Source: Alphaproteobacteria bacterium (GTDB lineage Bacteria > Pseudomonadota > Alphaproteobacteria > GCA-2731375). Taken from it: DNA of 64,000 bases. The notes beneath the pieces are model-generated. The model was not told the DNA's origin and made no database searches. It was given only the letters and a program-made list of their open reading frames with translations. Position numbers and translations under genes: made by a program. Below are positions 37,893 through 48,029 of the stretch, in pieces; the stretch's first letter is position 1, and the number at the start of each line of letters is the position of its first letter. Location: assembly GCA_965225945.1 (NCBI GenBank), contig CBDDBZ010000025.1:32001-96000 (forward strand), read 5' to 3'.

Positions 37893-38861
37893 ATGAACAG
37901 GCTTTCAGTGTGCGCCGGGGCGGTGATCGCCCTGGGCCTCGCCATGATCACCGTCGCGGCGCGGTCCGGAGAAGCCGTCCGCTCCGGCGACGAGGCCGAG
38001 CTGCGTCGGATCGCGACCGGTGAGAATTACGCGGGCAAGCGGCGGGCGGGGACGAAGCCCCGGGTTGTCGGCCGGCTGGACGCGCGGCGGCTGCAGGCCC
38101 GATTTCGCGCTCTCGGCTACGATCTGGAGAAGGTGCGGGCGCGGACACGCCCGGTACCCCAAATCTTCCTCGCGGCATTACCGGAGGATCTGGGGCGGCT
38201 CCGCTTGGTGAGCCAACGCAAGCGGCTGTTCATAGGGGCCGTGCTGCCGCTGGTGCTGCGCGCCAACGCGGAGGTCGGCCGCGAGCGGCGCTTCCTGCTC
38301 GAGCTGCGGACGCGGCTCCATGCCGGGGATGAGCTCGCGGTGGCGGAGCGTCGGCGCCTCGAGGATCTGGCGCTCGGCTACGAGGTCGAATCGGGCGATC
38401 TCGACGCGCTGTTGCGCCGCGTCGACGTGGTGCCGCCTTCGCTCGCGCTGGCGCAGGCGGTGGAGGAATCGGGTTGGGGAACCTCCCGCTTCGCGCGCCG
38501 TGGCAATGCCGTCTTCGGCCAGCGCACCTGGCGGAGCGGCGGCGGGATGGTGCCGCTGCGGCGCGAGAACGGCAAGCGCCACGAAGTGGCGGCCTTCGGC
38601 GCGCTCTACGCGTCGGTCCATGCCTATCTCCGCAACCTGAACAGCCATCCGGCCTATCGCGACTTCCGCCGCCTCAGGGCACGAGCCCGGGCGCGCGGCG
38701 GGACTGCTACCGCCGCTGCCCTCATCCGCACAATGACCCGCTATTCCGAGCGGGGGCCGGCATATATCCGGGCCATTCTCGCCATTATCCGCGTCAACCG
38801 GCTGGGTGCTTACGACAAGGCGCGCCTGGCGCCGGATACGAGCGTCGGGATCATGCTCTAA
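37893..38861 (+). CDS. Bax-like glucosaminidase-domain protein
   Basis: VPPSLALAQAVEESGWGTSRF, NAVFGQ, NLNSHPAY and YSERG motifs. Confidence 0.85.
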   Translation: MNRLSVCAGAVIALGLAMITVAARSGEAVRSGDEAELRRIATGENYAGKRRAGTKPRVVGRLDARRLQARFRALGYDLEKVRARTRPVPQIFLAALPEDLGRLRLVSQRKRLFIGAVLPLVLRANAEVGRERRFLLELRTRLHAGDELAVAERRRLEDLALGYEVESGDLDALLRRVDVVPPSLALAQAVEESGWGTSRFARRGNAVFGQRTWRSGGGMVPLRRENGKRHEVAAFGALYASVHAYLRNLNSHPAYRDFRRLRARARARGGTATAAALIRTMTRYSERGPAYIRAILAIIRVNRLGAYDKARLAPDTSVGIML

Positions 38862-39919
38862 GGCGAGATCACGAACTGCAGGCCGAACCAGCGCCAGCGG
38901 TCGTCGCCGGCGGGCATGGTGCAGTTGATCCGCCCGCGCGGCGGGCGGAACGGCGCCGAGAGGCCTATCTCCACTTCCCGGTGCCCGACCCTGCGGATCG
39001 GCGCGGCGCCCTTGGCGTTGGAGGCATAACAGCGCAACGAATCGATCGCGCCGGACCTGGGCGCCACCCGGAAGCCGATCGTCGGTGGATTGCTCGCCTC
39101 GTCGAGCACCGTCTCGAGTGGCCTCAGGCCTTCCAGGTAGAGCGGCAGGGCGTTGGCGGCGAGGCAAAACCGGCCCGTCTGACCGAAGGCCAGGTTCATC
39201 GCGAAGCGGGGCAAGCCGAAAAGATCGGCCTCTGCGTGGGCGACGCCGGAATGCTGTCCGAAGGCGGCCTGGAAGCCGGCCTCCCGCGCCAGGCGCCTTT
39301 CCCTGAGGCCGTATTCCCCGAAGGGATAGGCCAGCAGCGTCGGCGCGAAACCCAGTTCCTCGCGGATGCGGTGGATCGAGCGGGCGAGCTCGTCGCGCGC
39401 GTCCTCCTCGCCGAGCCGCGTCAGGTGCGGATGGCCGGCGGTCTGACTGCCAATACCGACGCCGCCGGCCGCCATCTCGCGGATCTGGTTCCAGGTCATG
39501 TAGTCCGGGCGGCGCTGATCGATCGCGTCGGTGGCGACGAAGAGGGTCGCCGGAATGCCGGCCTTGCGCAGCCGGGGCCAAGCGTTGCGGTAGGCGCTGG
39601 CGAAGGCGTCGTCGATGGTAAAGGCGATCGCGCGCTCCGGCAGCGTATCGCGGCGCCGCAGCGCCTGCACGATCCGCTCCAGCGGCAGCGCGACGAGGCC
39701 CGAGCGCTCGACCTCCCCGAGATGGGCGTCGAACTGGGTGAGCGTGGTGTTGGTGCTCGGATGCCGGTCGGCGCCGAAGCGGTGGTAGGTAAAGACGACG
39801 GCGGAGTCGGCGCCGAGCACCGGCGCGGCCAGCAGCGAGGCGGCCATCGCGGCGGCCACGGCCCCCCACCGGGGCCGCGACCGGGCCGCTCGCCGCGCCT
39901 TCAGCCCGTCGCGCCGCAC
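38858..39919 (-). CDS. Polysaccharide deacetylase family protein (start uncertain)
   Basis: YHRF, FTIDDAF, LAYPFGE and AAFGQHSG motifs. Confidence 0.85.
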   Translation of the reverse strand: MRRDGLKARRAARSRPRWGAVAAAMAASLLAAPVLGADSAVVFTYHRFGADRHPSTNTTLTQFDAHLGEVERSGLVALPLERIVQALRRRDTLPERAIAFTIDDAFASAYRNAWPRLRKAGIPATLFVATDAIDQRRPDYMTWNQIREMAAGGVGIGSQTAGHPHLTRLGEEDARDELARSIHRIREELGFAPTLLAYPFGEYGLRERRLAREAGFQAAFGQHSGVAHAEADLFGLPRFAMNLAFGQTGRFCLAANALPLYLEGLRPLETVLDEASNPPTIGFRVAPRSGAIDSLRCYASNAKGAAPIRRVGHREVEIGLSAPFRPPRGRINCTMPAGDDRWRWFGLQFVISP

Positions 39920-40069
39920 GCGCGTCCTCCCCACCCCTCGCTCCGGCCGGCTGGGAGTATATCGCGCGCCTTGCCGCCCGGGCCCACGGAAAGTAAATAG
40001 ACTGGGAATCGACCAATCATGGGTCCGAACCGCTTGGTTCGGCGATATTCGAGGAGGCGCCGCGGCCCG

Positions 40070-40654
40070 ATGCTCAACGACGCCGGCATGGACCTGATTT
40101 TCCGCAACGCGCGCACGCATTCGTTCTGGCTCGACAAGCCGGTCTCGGACGTCACGCTCGAGGCCTTGCACGAATTGCTGCGCCATGGCCCGACCAGCGC
40201 CAACTGCTCGCCGGCGCGTTTTCTCTTCATCCGCACGCCCGAGGGCAAGGCGCGCCTCTCGCCCCATCTGAGCGAGGGCAACCATGACAAGACGATGGCC
40301 GCGCCGGTCACCGCCATCGTGGCCTACGACCAACGTTTCTACGAGCTCCTGGACAAGCTCTTCCCGCACAATCTCGAGGCGCGGAGCTGGTTCGAGGGCA
40401 AAGACGAGGTCGTCTTTACGACGGCGTTCCGCAACGGCACGCTCCAGGGTGGCTATCTGATCGTCGCCGCCCGGGCGCTGGGTCTCGATATCGGCGCGAT
40501 GAGCGGCTTCGACAACGCCGGCGTCGATGCCGAGTTCTTCGCCGACGGCCGGTTCAAGTCGAACTTCCTGTGCAACATCGGCTACGGCGATCATAGCCAA
40601 ATGCCGCCCAAGAACCCCCGGCCCGACTTCGACGAGGTCTGTCAACTGCTCTGA
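40070..40654 (+). CDS. Nitroreductase-family malonic semialdehyde reductase (RutE-like)
   Basis: ARTHS, GPTSANCSPARF, RNGTLQGGY and MSGFDNAGVD motifs. Confidence 0.88.
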   Translation: MLNDAGMDLIFRNARTHSFWLDKPVSDVTLEALHELLRHGPTSANCSPARFLFIRTPEGKARLSPHLSEGNHDKTMAAPVTAIVAYDQRFYELLDKLFPHNLEARSWFEGKDEVVFTTAFRNGTLQGGYLIVAARALGLDIGAMSGFDNAGVDAEFFADGRFKSNFLCNIGYGDHSQMPPKNPRPDFDEVCQLL

Positions 40655-40675
40655 GGTCGGCCCTCGCGCCGCGCC

Positions 40676-41323
40676 ATGCGCATCCTAGCCCTCGATACCG
40701 CGCTCGATGCCTGTTCGGCCGCCGTGCTCGCCGCGGGCCGTCCGCTCGCGCGACGCTTCGAGAACCGCCCGCGTGGCCATGGCGAGCGAATCGCCGCGAT
40801 GGTCGTCGAGGTGCTGGAGGAAGCCGAGGTCCGCGCGGGAGAGCTGGATCGGATCTGCGTCACGATTGGACCCGGCAGCTTCACCGGCGTGCGGATCGGT
40901 CTCGCCACCGCCCGGGGCTACGGCCTGGCGCTCGGGCTACCGGTGGTCGGCATCACGACGCTGGCGGCGGTCGCGGCGCCGCATTGGTCGGAGGGTGCCG
41001 TCTTGGCCGCGCACGATGCCCGCCGCCGCCAAGTCTACGTTCAGGTCTTCGCCGCCGGTGGGGCACCGCTCGCCCGCCCGGCGGCGATGGCGCCGGCAAC
41101 GGCGGCGAAAACGCTGGCGGGTGGCGCGGCGACGATCGTCGGCTCCGGCGCGCATCTGGTGGCGGAATACCTGGCAGACGTCGGTGACGATCGGCTGGTC
41201 GAGGCGCGCCCGGAGGCGGCGATCTTCGGCCGGTTGGCGGCGGCACTGCCGGCGCCGGCGGGGCCGCCCGAACCGCTTTATCTTCGCACGCCCGATGCGA
41301 TGCCGCGCGACGGCAGGGCGTGA
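40676..41323 (+). CDS. tsaB: tRNA threonylcarbamoyladenosine biosynthesis protein TsaB
   Basis: LALDTA, GPGSFTGVRIG and PLYLR motifs. Confidence 0.92.
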   Translation: MRILALDTALDACSAAVLAAGRPLARRFENRPRGHGERIAAMVVEVLEEAEVRAGELDRICVTIGPGSFTGVRIGLATARGYGLALGLPVVGITTLAAVAAPHWSEGAVLAAHDARRRQVYVQVFAAGGAPLARPAAMAPATAAKTLAGGAATIVGSGAHLVAEYLADVGDDRLVEARPEAAIFGRLAAALPAPAGPPEPLYLRTPDAMPRDGRA

Positions 41324-41768
41324 TCCACCCCGTCGGCATCGCCGCCTCGGCCCGCTTGGCGAGGCTCCACGCCCGTTGCTTCGAGGTCGGCTGGACACGG
41401 CGGGAATTCGCCGCTGTGTTGCGGGGGCGAGGCGTCCGCGCGCTGCTCGCCGGCCGGCCCGAGCGGCCGGCCGAGGATCGTGGCCTCGCGCTCTTGCGCG
41501 CGATCGAGGACGAGGCGGAAATCCTCACCATCGCCGTGGTGCCAGGGTCGCGCCGTGGGGGGACCGGACGGCTGCTGCTGGCCGCCGTCGAGGAGCTCTG
41601 TCGCGACCACGGCCCGCGGCGCCTCTTCCTCGAAGTGGCAGTCGATAACGTGGCGGCCAGGCGTCTCTACGAGGACGCCGGCTTTGCCGTGCGCTCGCGC
41701 CGCGACGGTTACTACGAGAGCCCGGACGGGGGCAGGTCGACGGCCTGGTCATGAGCAAGGATCTATAA
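41320..41768 (+). CDS. rimI: RimI-like GNAT acetyltransferase with an apparent 1-bp deletion near 41745
   Basis: EAEILTIAV, LFLEVAVDN..ARRLY and RRDGYY motifs; the expected tail ALVMSKDL* lies in the adjacent frame. Confidence 0.8.
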
Positions 41769-41777
41769 CCGAACAAC

Positions 41778-42026
41778 TTAGTTTTTTCTTACCCTTAATA
41801 GATGCACACCATCGGCGTCTTCCGCTTCCGGCTCCAGATAAAGGATCTGGTGGCCGTGCTCGCGGAGCGAGCGCGGGACGTTGCGCAGCGGCTCACCCGC
41901 GTTCAACCGCACCTCGGCGACGGCGCCGAGGGGAATGCGCTCGATTAGCAATTTGGTGCGAACAAAGGTCATCGGACAGACCAAATTGGTAATATCTAGA
42001 AAATGTTCCGGTTCGTCGGCGAGCAT
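41778..42026 (-). CDS. TusA-family sulfurtransferase
   Basis: LDITNLVCPMTFVRTKL and GEPLRNVP motifs. Confidence 0.85.
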   Translation of the reverse strand: MLADEPEHFLDITNLVCPMTFVRTKLLIERIPLGAVAEVRLNAGEPLRNVPRSLREHGHQILYLEPEAEDADGVHLLRVRKN

Positions 42027-42147
42027 TTCTGAACTCCTTCAACAAATGGCTGAATCAATTCTTCCGGCCAACATTGATGATTCGATGCCTTGGTCCTATA
42101 TTCGCCTCAATAACAGACGGCCAATGCCGTGGGGAGGAACCAATACC

Positions 42148-42570
42148 ATGAGCGAACGGCAAGAACGGTCGCTGGAAGTCCTGCAGTTGACCGCCGACAT
42201 CGTCGCCAGCCATGTCGCCAACAACTCTGTGCCCATCGCCGAGATGCCGCAACTGATCCAGCAGGTCTACGACAGCCTGGCGGGGCTAGGCGGCGGCGAG
42301 GTTCGCGAGGAGAGCGACCGTCCCGAGCCGGCCGTGTCGATCCGCAAGTCGATCACACCCGAATATATAATCTGCCTCGAGGATGGCAAGAAGCTGAAGA
42401 TGCTGAAGCGCCACCTCAAGACCGCCTACAACATGACGCCGGAGCAGTATCGCGAGCGTTGGGGGCTGCCGGTCGACTATCCCATGGTCGCGCCCAACTA
42501 CGCGGCCCAGCGGCGCGAGTTGGCGAAGAAGATCGGCCTCGGAACCACGCGGCCCCAGAACGACGCCTAG
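42148..42570 (+). CDS. mucR: Ros/MucR family transcriptional regulator
   Basis: PAVSIRKSI, ICLEDGKKLKMLKRHL and YRERWGLPVDYPMVAPNY motifs. Confidence 0.95.
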   Translation: MSERQERSLEVLQLTADIVASHVANNSVPIAEMPQLIQQVYDSLAGLGGGEVREESDRPEPAVSIRKSITPEYIICLEDGKKLKMLKRHLKTAYNMTPEQYRERWGLPVDYPMVAPNYAAQRRELAKKIGLGTTRPQNDA

Positions 42571-42603
42571 CGCGCCGGCCCGAGCCCGCACCGGATCGTG
42601 GTG

Positions 42604-43050
42604 ATGCGAGGCAGCTTCGAGCGGCTCTGCGCCGAGAAGGGCATTCGACTGACCGGGAAGCGGCGTCTGGTGGGACGGATTCTGGAAGCGGCGGACGATC
42701 ACCCCAACATCGAGGAGCTGCATCGCCGCGCGAGCGCGAGCGATCCGCGGATTTCACTCGCCACCATCTATCGCGCGGTTCGCCTGTTCGAGACCGCCGG
42801 GCTGCTGGCGCGACACGACTTCGGCGACGGCCGGGCCCGCTACGAGCTGGAGCCGCGCCAGCATCACGACCACCTGATCGACACCACCACCGGCGAAGTC
42901 ATGGAATTTCAGAGCGCGCAGATCGAGCGGCTGCAGGTCGAAATCGCGCACGAGATGGGCTATCGCCTCGTCGGGCATCGGTTGGAGCTGTTCGGCGTGC
43001 CGCTGGCGGAAGACGCCGGGCGGCGTCGCGGCGGCCGTTCGACGTCGTAG
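42604..43050 (+). CDS. fur: Fur family transcriptional regulator
   Basis: DHP, ISLATIYR, ARYE and HHDHLID motifs. Confidence 0.92.
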   Translation: MRGSFERLCAEKGIRLTGKRRLVGRILEAADDHPNIEELHRRASASDPRISLATIYRAVRLFETAGLLARHDFGDGRARYELEPRQHHDHLIDTTTGEVMEFQSAQIERLQVEIAHEMGYRLVGHRLELFGVPLAEDAGRRRGGRSTS

Positions 43051-43130
43051 TCGACGGCGGGTCGCGGAGAGGTCGGGACGGTCGCGACGAGGCATGATCG
43101 CCTGCGAAGCTGCCCTACCTTTTTGAAGAA

Positions 43131-43192
43131 TAGGGCAATTTTATCCAAACGGATGGAATCGTACCGGTTCCATCCGTTCGGATATTGCTCTA
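43131..43192. repeat. Imperfect intergenic palindrome (RIME/REP-like)
   Basis: tagggcaat...atccaaacggatggaa-tcgtaccgg-ttccatccgttcggat-attgctcta. Confidence 0.6.
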
Positions 43193-43318
43193 GCTTGATC
43201 GGCGCGACGGCTTCGTGTAAACGGCGGCTCTTTCGCGGAACGGGCTCGGTGGGGCCCCGGCGAACGCGGCGATACGAAAGCACCGGGCGAAATCGCGAAC
43301 CACGTTGACAGGTCGGCC

Positions 43319-44704
43319 TTGGCCAAATCGCTCTTCATCCGAACATACGGCTGCCAGATGAACGTCTACGACTCCGCGCGGATGGCGGATGTCCTGGCGC
43401 CGCTGGGCTACGCTCTGGTAGACGCGCCGGACGATGCCGACATGGTCATCGTCAACACCTGCCACATTCGCGAGAAGGCGGCGGAGAAGACCTATTCCGA
43501 ACTCGGCCGCCTGCGCCGCCTGCAGGAGCGCAAGGCGACGGCCGGCGGGCGCATGGTGCTCGCCGTGGCCGGCTGCGTCGCCCAGGCGGAGGGCGAGGAG
43601 ATCCTGCGCCGCGCGCCCAACGTCGACATCGTGCTGGGCCCCCAGACTTATCACCGCCTGCCGGAGATGCTGGCCCGCGCGCGGCGCGCCGCCGACCAAC
43701 GTGATGGCCGGGCGAGGCTCGGCGTGCTCGACACCGAGTTTCCGATCGAGGCGAAATTCGATCATTTGCCGAAATCCGAGAGACCGGCGGCCCCGAGCGC
43801 CTTCCTCACCGTGCAAGAGGGCTGCGACAAGTTCTGCACCTTCTGTGTCGTGCCCTACACCCGGGGAGCCGAATATTCCCGGCCGGTCGCGCGGATCCTG
43901 GCCGAGGCGCGCGATCTGGTGGCCCGGGGCGCGCGGGAGATCACCCTTCTCGGCCAGAACGTCAACGCCTACGCGGGCGAGGCGCCGGCGGGCGATAGCT
44001 GGGATCTCGCCCGGCTCTGCCTGGCGCTGGCCGAGATCGACGATCTCGCGCGCATCCGCTACACCACCTCGCACCCCCGTGACATGAACGAGGCCCTGAT
44101 CGCGGCGCATCACGATTGTCCGAAGCTGATGCCCTATCTGCATTTGCCGATCCAGTCCGGCTCCGACCGCGTCCTCGCGGCGATGAATCGGTCGCATCGG
44201 GTCGAGGATTATTTGGCGACGGTCGCCCGGCTGCGCGCGGCCCGGCCCGATCTGGCGCTCTCGGGCGATTTCATCGTCGGCTTCCCGGGCGAGGGCGAGG
44301 CGGATTTCCGCGCCACTCTCGATCTGGTGGCGGAGGTCGGCTACGCCCAGGCGTTTTCCTTCAAGTACAGCCCCCGGCCCGGCACCCCGGCGGTGGCGAT
44401 GGAGGGACAGGTGCCCGAGGCGGAAAAGGCCGAGCGGCTGGCCCGCCTCCAGGCGCTGCTGGCGCGCCAGCAACGGGACTTCAACCAGGCCATGCTCGGC
44501 CGCGAGCTGGAGCTTCTGCTGGAGCGCCCGGGGCGCCATCCGGACCAGCTCGTCGGCCGCAGTCCTTACCTCCAGGCGGTGCATCTAGACGCCGACGGCG
44601 CCCGGGTCGGCGATCTGGTTCGCGCCCGTATCGTCGAGGCCGGCCAAAACAGTCTCGCCGGCCGACGGCTCGGCGCCGAGGCCTTGGAGGCGCCCCTCCC
44701 GTGA
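43319..44704 (+). CDS. miaB: tRNA-2-methylthio-N6-dimethylallyladenosine synthase MiaB
   Basis: TYGCQMN, radical-SAM motif CDKFCTFC and a C-terminal TRAM-like region. Confidence 0.96.
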   Translation: MAKSLFIRTYGCQMNVYDSARMADVLAPLGYALVDAPDDADMVIVNTCHIREKAAEKTYSELGRLRRLQERKATAGGRMVLAVAGCVAQAEGEEILRRAPNVDIVLGPQTYHRLPEMLARARRAADQRDGRARLGVLDTEFPIEAKFDHLPKSERPAAPSAFLTVQEGCDKFCTFCVVPYTRGAEYSRPVARILAEARDLVARGAREITLLGQNVNAYAGEAPAGDSWDLARLCLALAEIDDLARIRYTTSHPRDMNEALIAAHHDCPKLMPYLHLPIQSGSDRVLAAMNRSHRVEDYLATVARLRAARPDLALSGDFIVGFPGEGEADFRATLDLVAEVGYAQAFSFKYSPRPGTPAVAMEGQVPEAEKAERLARLQALLARQQRDFNQAMLGRELELLLERPGRHPDQLVGRSPYLQAVHLDADGARVGDLVRARIVEAGQNSLAGRRLGAEALEAPLP

Positions 44705-45693
44705 GTTCGGATTCGCGCCAGCCGCATCTCGTCGTCGAGTTTCAGGACAACCGGCTCCTGCCGGCGCTCTATGGCGAGCACGACCAAAACCTCGCGCGGA
44801 TCGAGCAGAAGCTCGGCGTCCGGGTGGTGCCGCGCGGCAATCGCGTCTCGATCCAGGGGGAGGAGAGCGCGGCGGCCGCCGCCAGCGCGGCATTGAACGA
44901 GCTCTATCGGCGCCTGCAACGCGGTCAGGCGCCGGGCCTGGGCGACGTCGACGGCGCCGTTCGCATGGCGAGCGCGGAGGATACCACGGCCGAGGGCCGA
45001 GGCGCGGGCGAGGACGAGGCGATTCGCACGCAGAAGCGCGTGATCTGGGCCCGTTCGCCGGTCCAAGCCGACTACGTTCGCGCGCTCCGGAGCGATCCCC
45101 TGGTCGTCGCCCTCGGCCCCGCCGGCACCGGCAAGACCTATCTCGCCGTCGCCGTCGCGGTGTCGATGATGCGCGAGGGGCGCGTCGATCGGATGATCCT
45201 CACCCGCCCGGCGGTCGAGGCCGGCGAGCGGCTGGGCTTCCTTCCCGGCACCTTGGAGGAGAAGGTCGACCCCTATATGCGTCCAATGCTCGACGCGCTG
45301 TTCGATATGATGCCGGGCGAAATCGTGGTAAAAAGGCGGGAGGAAGGCGTCATCGAGGTGGCACCGCTCGCTTACATGCGGGGACGCACGCTCGCCAACG
45401 CCTTCATCATTCTAGACGAGGCACAGAACACGACGCCAATTCAGATGAAGATGATTTTGACGCGCATGGGTGAGAACGCCCGCATGGTGGTCACCGGCGA
45501 TCCGAGCCAGGTAGACCTGCCGCTCGGCATCAAGTCGGGTTTGGTCGACGCGATAGAAATTATCGGCGGCATCGAGGATGTGGGCATCATCGAGTTCACC
45601 CACGCCGACGTCGTGCGCCATCCCTTGGTGACGCGGATTGTCAAGGCCTACGACGCCCGCGACTGCGGCCTGTTGGGCGAGGCGGACTCGTGA
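44701..45693 (+). CDS. phoH: PhoH-family ATPase
   Basis: [23 protein letters not shown] and LDEAQN motifs. Confidence 0.95.
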   Translation: MSSDSRQPHLVVEFQDNRLLPALYGEHDQNLARIEQKLGVRVVPRGNRVSIQGEESAAAAASAALNELYRRLQRGQAPGLGDVDGAVRMASAEDTTAEGRGAGEDEAIRTQKRVIWARSPVQADYVRALRSDPLVVALGPAGTGKTYLAVAVAVSMMREGRVDRMILTRPAVEAGERLGFLPGTLEEKVDPYMRPMLDALFDMMPGEIVVKRREEGVIEVAPLAYMRGRTLANAFIILDEAQNTTPIQMKMILTRMGENARMVVTGDPSQVDLPLGIKSGLVDAIEIIGGIEDVGIIEFTHADVVRHPLVTRIVKAYDARDCGLLGEADS

Positions 45694-48029
45694 GCGACGC
45701 CAACCTCCAGCCTCGCGACGACCTGCTGCGCGCGCGCGAGGAACTTCGCCAGCGTGCCGAGCGGGCACTCGGGCAGGGCCGCTGGCGGCGGTGGCGGCCG
45801 GCCCTCGATCTCACCTTGCTGGCGGCCTTTGTGGTGCTGTTGACCGCGCTGTTGGCGCCGCCCGTGCCCGGCGTGCTGCCGATACCGGCGCTCGACAGCG
45901 TCGCGCAAACGACGATCCGGGCCGAGCGCGACGTGCTGGTCGAGGATCGCAAGGCCACGGCGCTGCGCCGGCAGGAATCGGCGGCCGGCGTGCTGCCGGT
46001 CCACGACTACGATTCGGAGCTCTACTTCACCCTCGGCGATCGGGTCTCGGCGGCCGTCGGCAAGATGGTGCGTCGCCGCGACCAGTCCGAGGCCACCGAG
46101 GTGGCGCGCCGGACGGCCTTCGAGAGCGACATCGGAGTGCCGATCAAGCCGGGTGTCTTTCCGCTGGTCGAGAAGCTGGAAGACCCGCTCGACATCGCCA
46201 TCGCGGTCAATTTCTTCCTCAATATGGGCCTCGACCGGATGATCATCGCCAACCGCGCGGAGCTGCCGCAGTCGGGCGGCATCGAATCGGTCGATCTCGC
46301 GACCAATCGCTCGATCCGGCTGTTCTATCTGGGCGGCATTCTCGACCTCCGACAGTTTCGCCGCTTGATCCAGGCCCGTTCGGGCGACGCGCCGTACGGC
46401 ACGGCGCGTATCGTCCGCTCCTGGATCTTCGAGACGGCGATGTTGCTGGTCGGGGCGAACCTGCGCGCCAACGAGGCGGCGACCCGCAAGCTGCGCGAGG
46501 ACGCGGCGGCGGAGATCGAGCCCGTCTTCGTGCAAATCAAGGCGGGAGAGGTTCTGGTGCGCCGGGGCGACCGGGTGACGCGATCGGTGCAGGAGCGAAT
46601 GCGCTGGTTGAACGAGAGCGCGGGCGGCCGCCAGCGCTGGGGCGAGACGGCGGCGATGGCGCTGCTGCTGAGCGGCGTCATCCTGCTGGCGGGCATCTTC
46701 TTCCGCCGGGGCCGCGTCGCCCACGATCTCGATCGCAAGCAGATCCTGGTGACGCTCACCATCGTGCTGATCGCGGCGGCCTTCGCGATTGCCATGTACT
46801 ACGCCGGCCGGGGTCTTGCCGAGGGCCTGGCGATTCCGCCGGAGACCGCGACCCTGCTGATACCGCTGGCGCTCGCCACCGTGCTGGTCTCGTTGCTGGT
46901 CGACGCGCGCACCAGCTTGCTGGTCGGGATCGGCATGACGATCCTGGTGGCCTACCGGGTCGACGGCGACATCGGCCTGGTGACCTATTACGTGGTCGGC
47001 GTGCTGGTCGCCGGCATCGCCGCCCGGGGTTGCCGGCGGCGGACCGACCTGTTGCGCGCGGGACTGATGGTGGCTCTGGCGCAGATGGCGGTGCTGCCGC
47101 TCACCACGCTCCTGGCGGGCGAGAGCTTCGGTCCCTCGAAGCTGCCGGAACTCGGTGCCGCCGCCGCCTCCGGCCTGATCGTCGCGGTGTTGGCGCTCGG
47201 CCTGCTGCCGGCCTTGGAGCACCTGTTCGACCAGCCGACGGACATGCGCCTCCTGGAACTCGCCTCGAGCGACCATCCCTTGCTGAAGCGCCTGGCTCTG
47301 GTGGCGCCGGGCAGCTACTACGCCTCGGTGCTGGTCGGCAATCTCTCGGAGGCGGCGGCCGACGCGATCGGCGCCAATGGGCTCCGCGCCCGAGTGATGG
47401 CGCTCTATCACGATATCGGCAAGATCGTGCGTCCGGGCTACTTCGCCGAAAACCAGCGCGATCACAACGAACACGATCGCCTGGCGCCGGAGGTCTCGGC
47501 CCGGATCATCCTCGGTCATGTCCAGGACGGCATCGAAATCGCCCAGCGCGAGCGGCTGGGGCCGGTGGTGCTGGAGGCGATCACCCAGCACCAGGGAACG
47601 ACGCTGTTGAAGTGGTTCTACGCCAAGGCGTTGGAACGGGCGGAGGCGGCGAAGGGCGAGATCGCGGAGGAGGACTTCCGCTATCCGGGGCCCAAACCGC
47701 AGAGCCGCGAGGCCGGCATCCTGCTCTTGGCCGACTCGGTCGAGGCGGCGACCCGCGCGCTCGGCAACCCGGCGCCCGCCGAGGTCCGCGCCCGGGTCTC
47801 GGACGTGATCGCCGAAAAGGTCGCCGACGGGCAGCTCGACGAATGCGAGCTCACCTTCCGCGATTTGACCGTGGTGGAGGAGGCGTTCGCCCGCACGCTC
47901 ACCCTCGGCGTTTACCACAACAGAATTGAATACCCGGCCCTGCCGGCCAGGCCCAAGCAACATGGCGAGAGCGAGAATGAGGATCGAGGTTCGGATCGAG
48001 TGTCCAACCTGGGCGACCGATCGGCCTGA
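45690..48029 (+). CDS. 7TM-HD (HDIG) membrane protein with PgpH/YqfF-like architecture
   Basis: N-terminal TM, extracytoplasmic domain (IKAGEVLVRRG), about 7 TM segments, then YHDIGK..PGYFAENQ, FRYPGPKPQSRE and LADSVEAA motifs. Confidence 0.9.
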   Translation: MSDANLQPRDDLLRAREELRQRAERALGQGRWRRWRPALDLTLLAAFVVLLTALLAPPVPGVLPIPALDSVAQTTIRAERDVLVEDRKATALRRQESAAGVLPVHDYDSELYFTLGDRVSAAVGKMVRRRDQSEATEVARRTAFESDIGVPIKPGVFPLVEKLEDPLDIAIAVNFFLNMGLDRMIIANRAELPQSGGIESVDLATNRSIRLFYLGGILDLRQFRRLIQARSGDAPYGTARIVRSWIFETAMLLVGANLRANEAATRKLREDAAAEIEPVFVQIKAGEVLVRRGDRVTRSVQERMRWLNESAGGRQRWGETAAMALLLSGVILLAGIFFRRGRVAHDLDRKQILVTLTIVLIAAAFAIAMYYAGRGLAEGLAIPPETATLLIPLALATVLVSLLVDARTSLLVGIGMTILVAYRVDGDIGLVTYYVVGVLVAGIAARGCRRRTDLLRAGLMVALAQMAVLPLTTLLAGESFGPSKLPELGAAAASGLIVAVLALGLLPALEHLFDQPTDMRLLELASSDHPLLKRLALVAPGSYYASVLVGNLSEAAADAIGANGLRARVMALYHDIGKIVRPGYFAENQRDHNEHDRLAPEVSARIILGHVQDGIEIAQRERLGPVVLEAITQHQGTTLLKWFYAKALERAEAAKGEIAEEDFRYPGPKPQSREAGILLLADSVEAATRALGNPAPAEVRARVSDVIAEKVADGQLDECELTFRDLTVVEEAFARTLTLGVYHNRIEYPALPARPKQHGESENEDRGSDRVSNLGDRSA

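Noticed and set aside
42370-42435. MucR Zn site lacking the full C2H2 ligand set (CLED...H...Y)
   Set aside because: Such ligand variants are already well known in the Ros/MucR family.
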